This document shows positions 62,612-64,000 of a DNA stretch of 64,000 nucleotides, piece after piece; within the stretch, counting starts at the first letter, position 1; the number at the start of each line of letters is the position of its first letter. The DNA comes from an uncultured candidate division Zixibacteria bacterium. GTDB taxonomy: Bacteria > Zixibacteria > MSB-5A5 > GN15 > FEB-12. The position numbers and the translations under genes are program-made. The notes beneath the pieces were generated by a model. It made no database searches and had not been told where the DNA came from. It worked only from the letters and a program-made list of their open reading frames with translations. The stretch spans positions 64,001 to 128,000 of the forward strand of contig CAWDXE010000001.1 in the NCBI GenBank assembly GCA_963806185.1, in the 5' to 3' direction.

Positions 62612-63433
62612 CTAATTCGACAGATTTCTGACGTTGACCGACGACGCGTAGGTGCGCGTCCGGTACGGTCTTCCGGTAGTCAGGTAATCGCGATTGTTCG
62701 ATCGTCCCGTAATACTGATCTGGACTTCGCGAATGTCGGACACCAGGGCCGGGTCATCCACCACCGACCCGTTTTTCAAACGATACCGGAACTGCAGGTC
62801 GGTCATATTCTCGGCGTATACCGCCGCCGGTTTGCCGATCGATTTCACCATCAGACGCGGATGTTCAGCATCCGTCGTGTTGTCGACGTAGAACTTCATG
62901 TGTGCAATCACCATGACCTGAGAGTTGACCGGATATTTGTGCGACAGGTTCATGGTCACGTGCTGAAGCGTGTTGGACCCTGTTTCTACGCCGGTGATTT
63001 CGAAAAATTCACCCCAGGCCGAATCGGGCGCGAAAATGTATCCCCACTGACCTTCCGTGAAGCAATCGATGGCCGTGGCAAACTTCAGCTCCGAGGTCAC
63101 CTCGGCCATGGCTACGGAAAGATTGGCCCCGCAATCCGAGGCACGGTAGTTAATCGTGATCGTGTCCGGATTGGCATTCGACACGGTTATCGCCGCCAAT
63201 CCCATCGGCACCGCATGCCCCGCCATCCGGATCTGCCGGGTCAATTCGTCGATCGACGCTCGGGCATTCTGCTGGATGGTCGTAATATCGTCCTGGGCCG
63301 TATAGTGCTTCTCCTGGGTCATAAAGGCTCGAAAAACCGCCGTGGTAATAATCCCGGTGAGGGCAAGGGCTATCAGCATTTCCATAATGCTGAAGCCGCG
63401 CTGGGATATGCATCGCCGCATTAATCGTTTCAT
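62612..63433 (-). CDS. PilW-like minor pilin, copy 1
   Basis: QRG|FSIMEMLIAL prepilin motif; colinear paralog of 61636-62457. Confidence 0.85.
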   Translation of the reverse strand: MKRLMRRCISQRGFSIMEMLIALALTGIITTAVFRAFMTQEKHYTAQDDITTIQQNARASIDELTRQIRMAGHAVPMGLAAITVSNANPDTITINYRASDCGANLSVAMAEVTSELKFATAIDCFTEGQWGYIFAPDSAWGEFFEITGVETGSNTLQHVTMNLSHKYPVNSQVMVIAHMKFYVDNTTDAEHPRLMVKSIGKPAAVYAENMTDLQFRYRLKNGSVVDDPALVSDIREVQISITGRSNNRDYLTTGRPYRTRTYASSVNVRNLSN

Positions 63434-63482
63434 AATCTCACCTAACCTCATTGCTTTCAGGCACAGCCCCCTCAGCCTGAGA

Positions 63483-63848
63483 TTACACCGAATCGGAGCG
63501 GACATACGCCGAAAGCGTATTCGTCTTGGTCCGCGAGCGAACGTCCTTCCAGGTCACGGTTACGTCGATACGTCGCAGGTGCGTGCCGGCGTCGGCCACT
63601 GTCCACGCGCGCGTTACCCCCAGCGACGTATCGTTGCCCGAGGCAGGAGCGGCATCGCTGCGCAGCTGCTCAAGCTTCTGCTGCATCATTTGCGTCGCCA
63701 GCGTGGTCTTGTTCGACCAGTCGTTGCCGTCCAGCGCCACCATCGCCATGTTGAGCAGCATGAGCAGTGATACGCTCAGGATCAGCCCGGCTACCATGAC
63801 TTCGATTAGGGTGACGCCCTTCTGATTTTTCATTCGTGCTATTGTCAT
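63483..63848 (-). CDS. PilV-like minor pilin
   Basis: QKG|VTLIEVMVA; ATQMMQQKLEQLR; R.I.VTVTW C-terminal motif; start uncertain (63863/63848/63833). Confidence 0.82.
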   Translation of the reverse strand: MTIARMKNQKGVTLIEVMVAGLILSVSLLMLLNMAMVALDGNDWSNKTTLATQMMQQKLEQLRSDAAPASGNDTSLGVTRAWTVADAGTHLRRIDVTVTWKDVRSRTKTNTLSAYVRSDSV

Positions 63849-64000
63849 AGCGGAAATCCTCATACGTTTGGCCCCATGAGATGTAAACGGCGTGCCGCCA
63901 TCGTCAAAAATCGCACCTTTACCCTTCTGGGAAGGCTAACCTTATGATCCATCACTGCTTGACTCACCGGTCCGCCCGAACAAACCGCCCGCCTTTCCCA

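Noticed and set aside
58252..63433. Diversity-generating retroelement or silent-cassette antigenic variation in the pilin paralogs
   Set aside because: No reverse transcriptase in the window; differences are not adenine-specific; all copies are full length with their own signal peptides

Overview
A GC-rich (roughly 55-60% by eye), gene-dense bacterial chromosomal segment from a Gram-negative organism. The LpxC-FabZ fusion and long SecA point to the FCB group; Zixibacteria-like is a guess only. From left to right: a cluster of REP-like palindromes; an orphan PilR/NtrC-like sigma-54 regulator; a DUF169/URO-D/fRMsr operon; a ~10.4-kb B12-dependent acyl-CoA operon with two mutase large subunits (one MCM-type, one ICM-type) but only one B12-binding subunit; an AftB-like GT-C; tRNA-Gln(CTG); envelope, transport and glycan genes; a guaA-nadB-lipid A operon with a GnnA-like gene; GH57, mlaD, rsgA and secA; a PlpD-like patatin; a barrel-fused SppA; and a minor-pilin cluster with duplicated pilW and pilX. 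Many frameshifts at 11.2-15.8 kb, 41.1-41.6 kb and 51.7 kb look like sequencing or assembly indels. The best candidate for an undescribed system is 49.5-51.2 kb. There, a self-contained ~430-nt structured transcript (sigma-70 promoter, 24-aa CPNGC peptide ORF, terminator) lies directly upstream of a three-gene operon of unknown proteins with a near-consensus sigma-54 promoter. No CRISPR array, integrase or transposase was seen.
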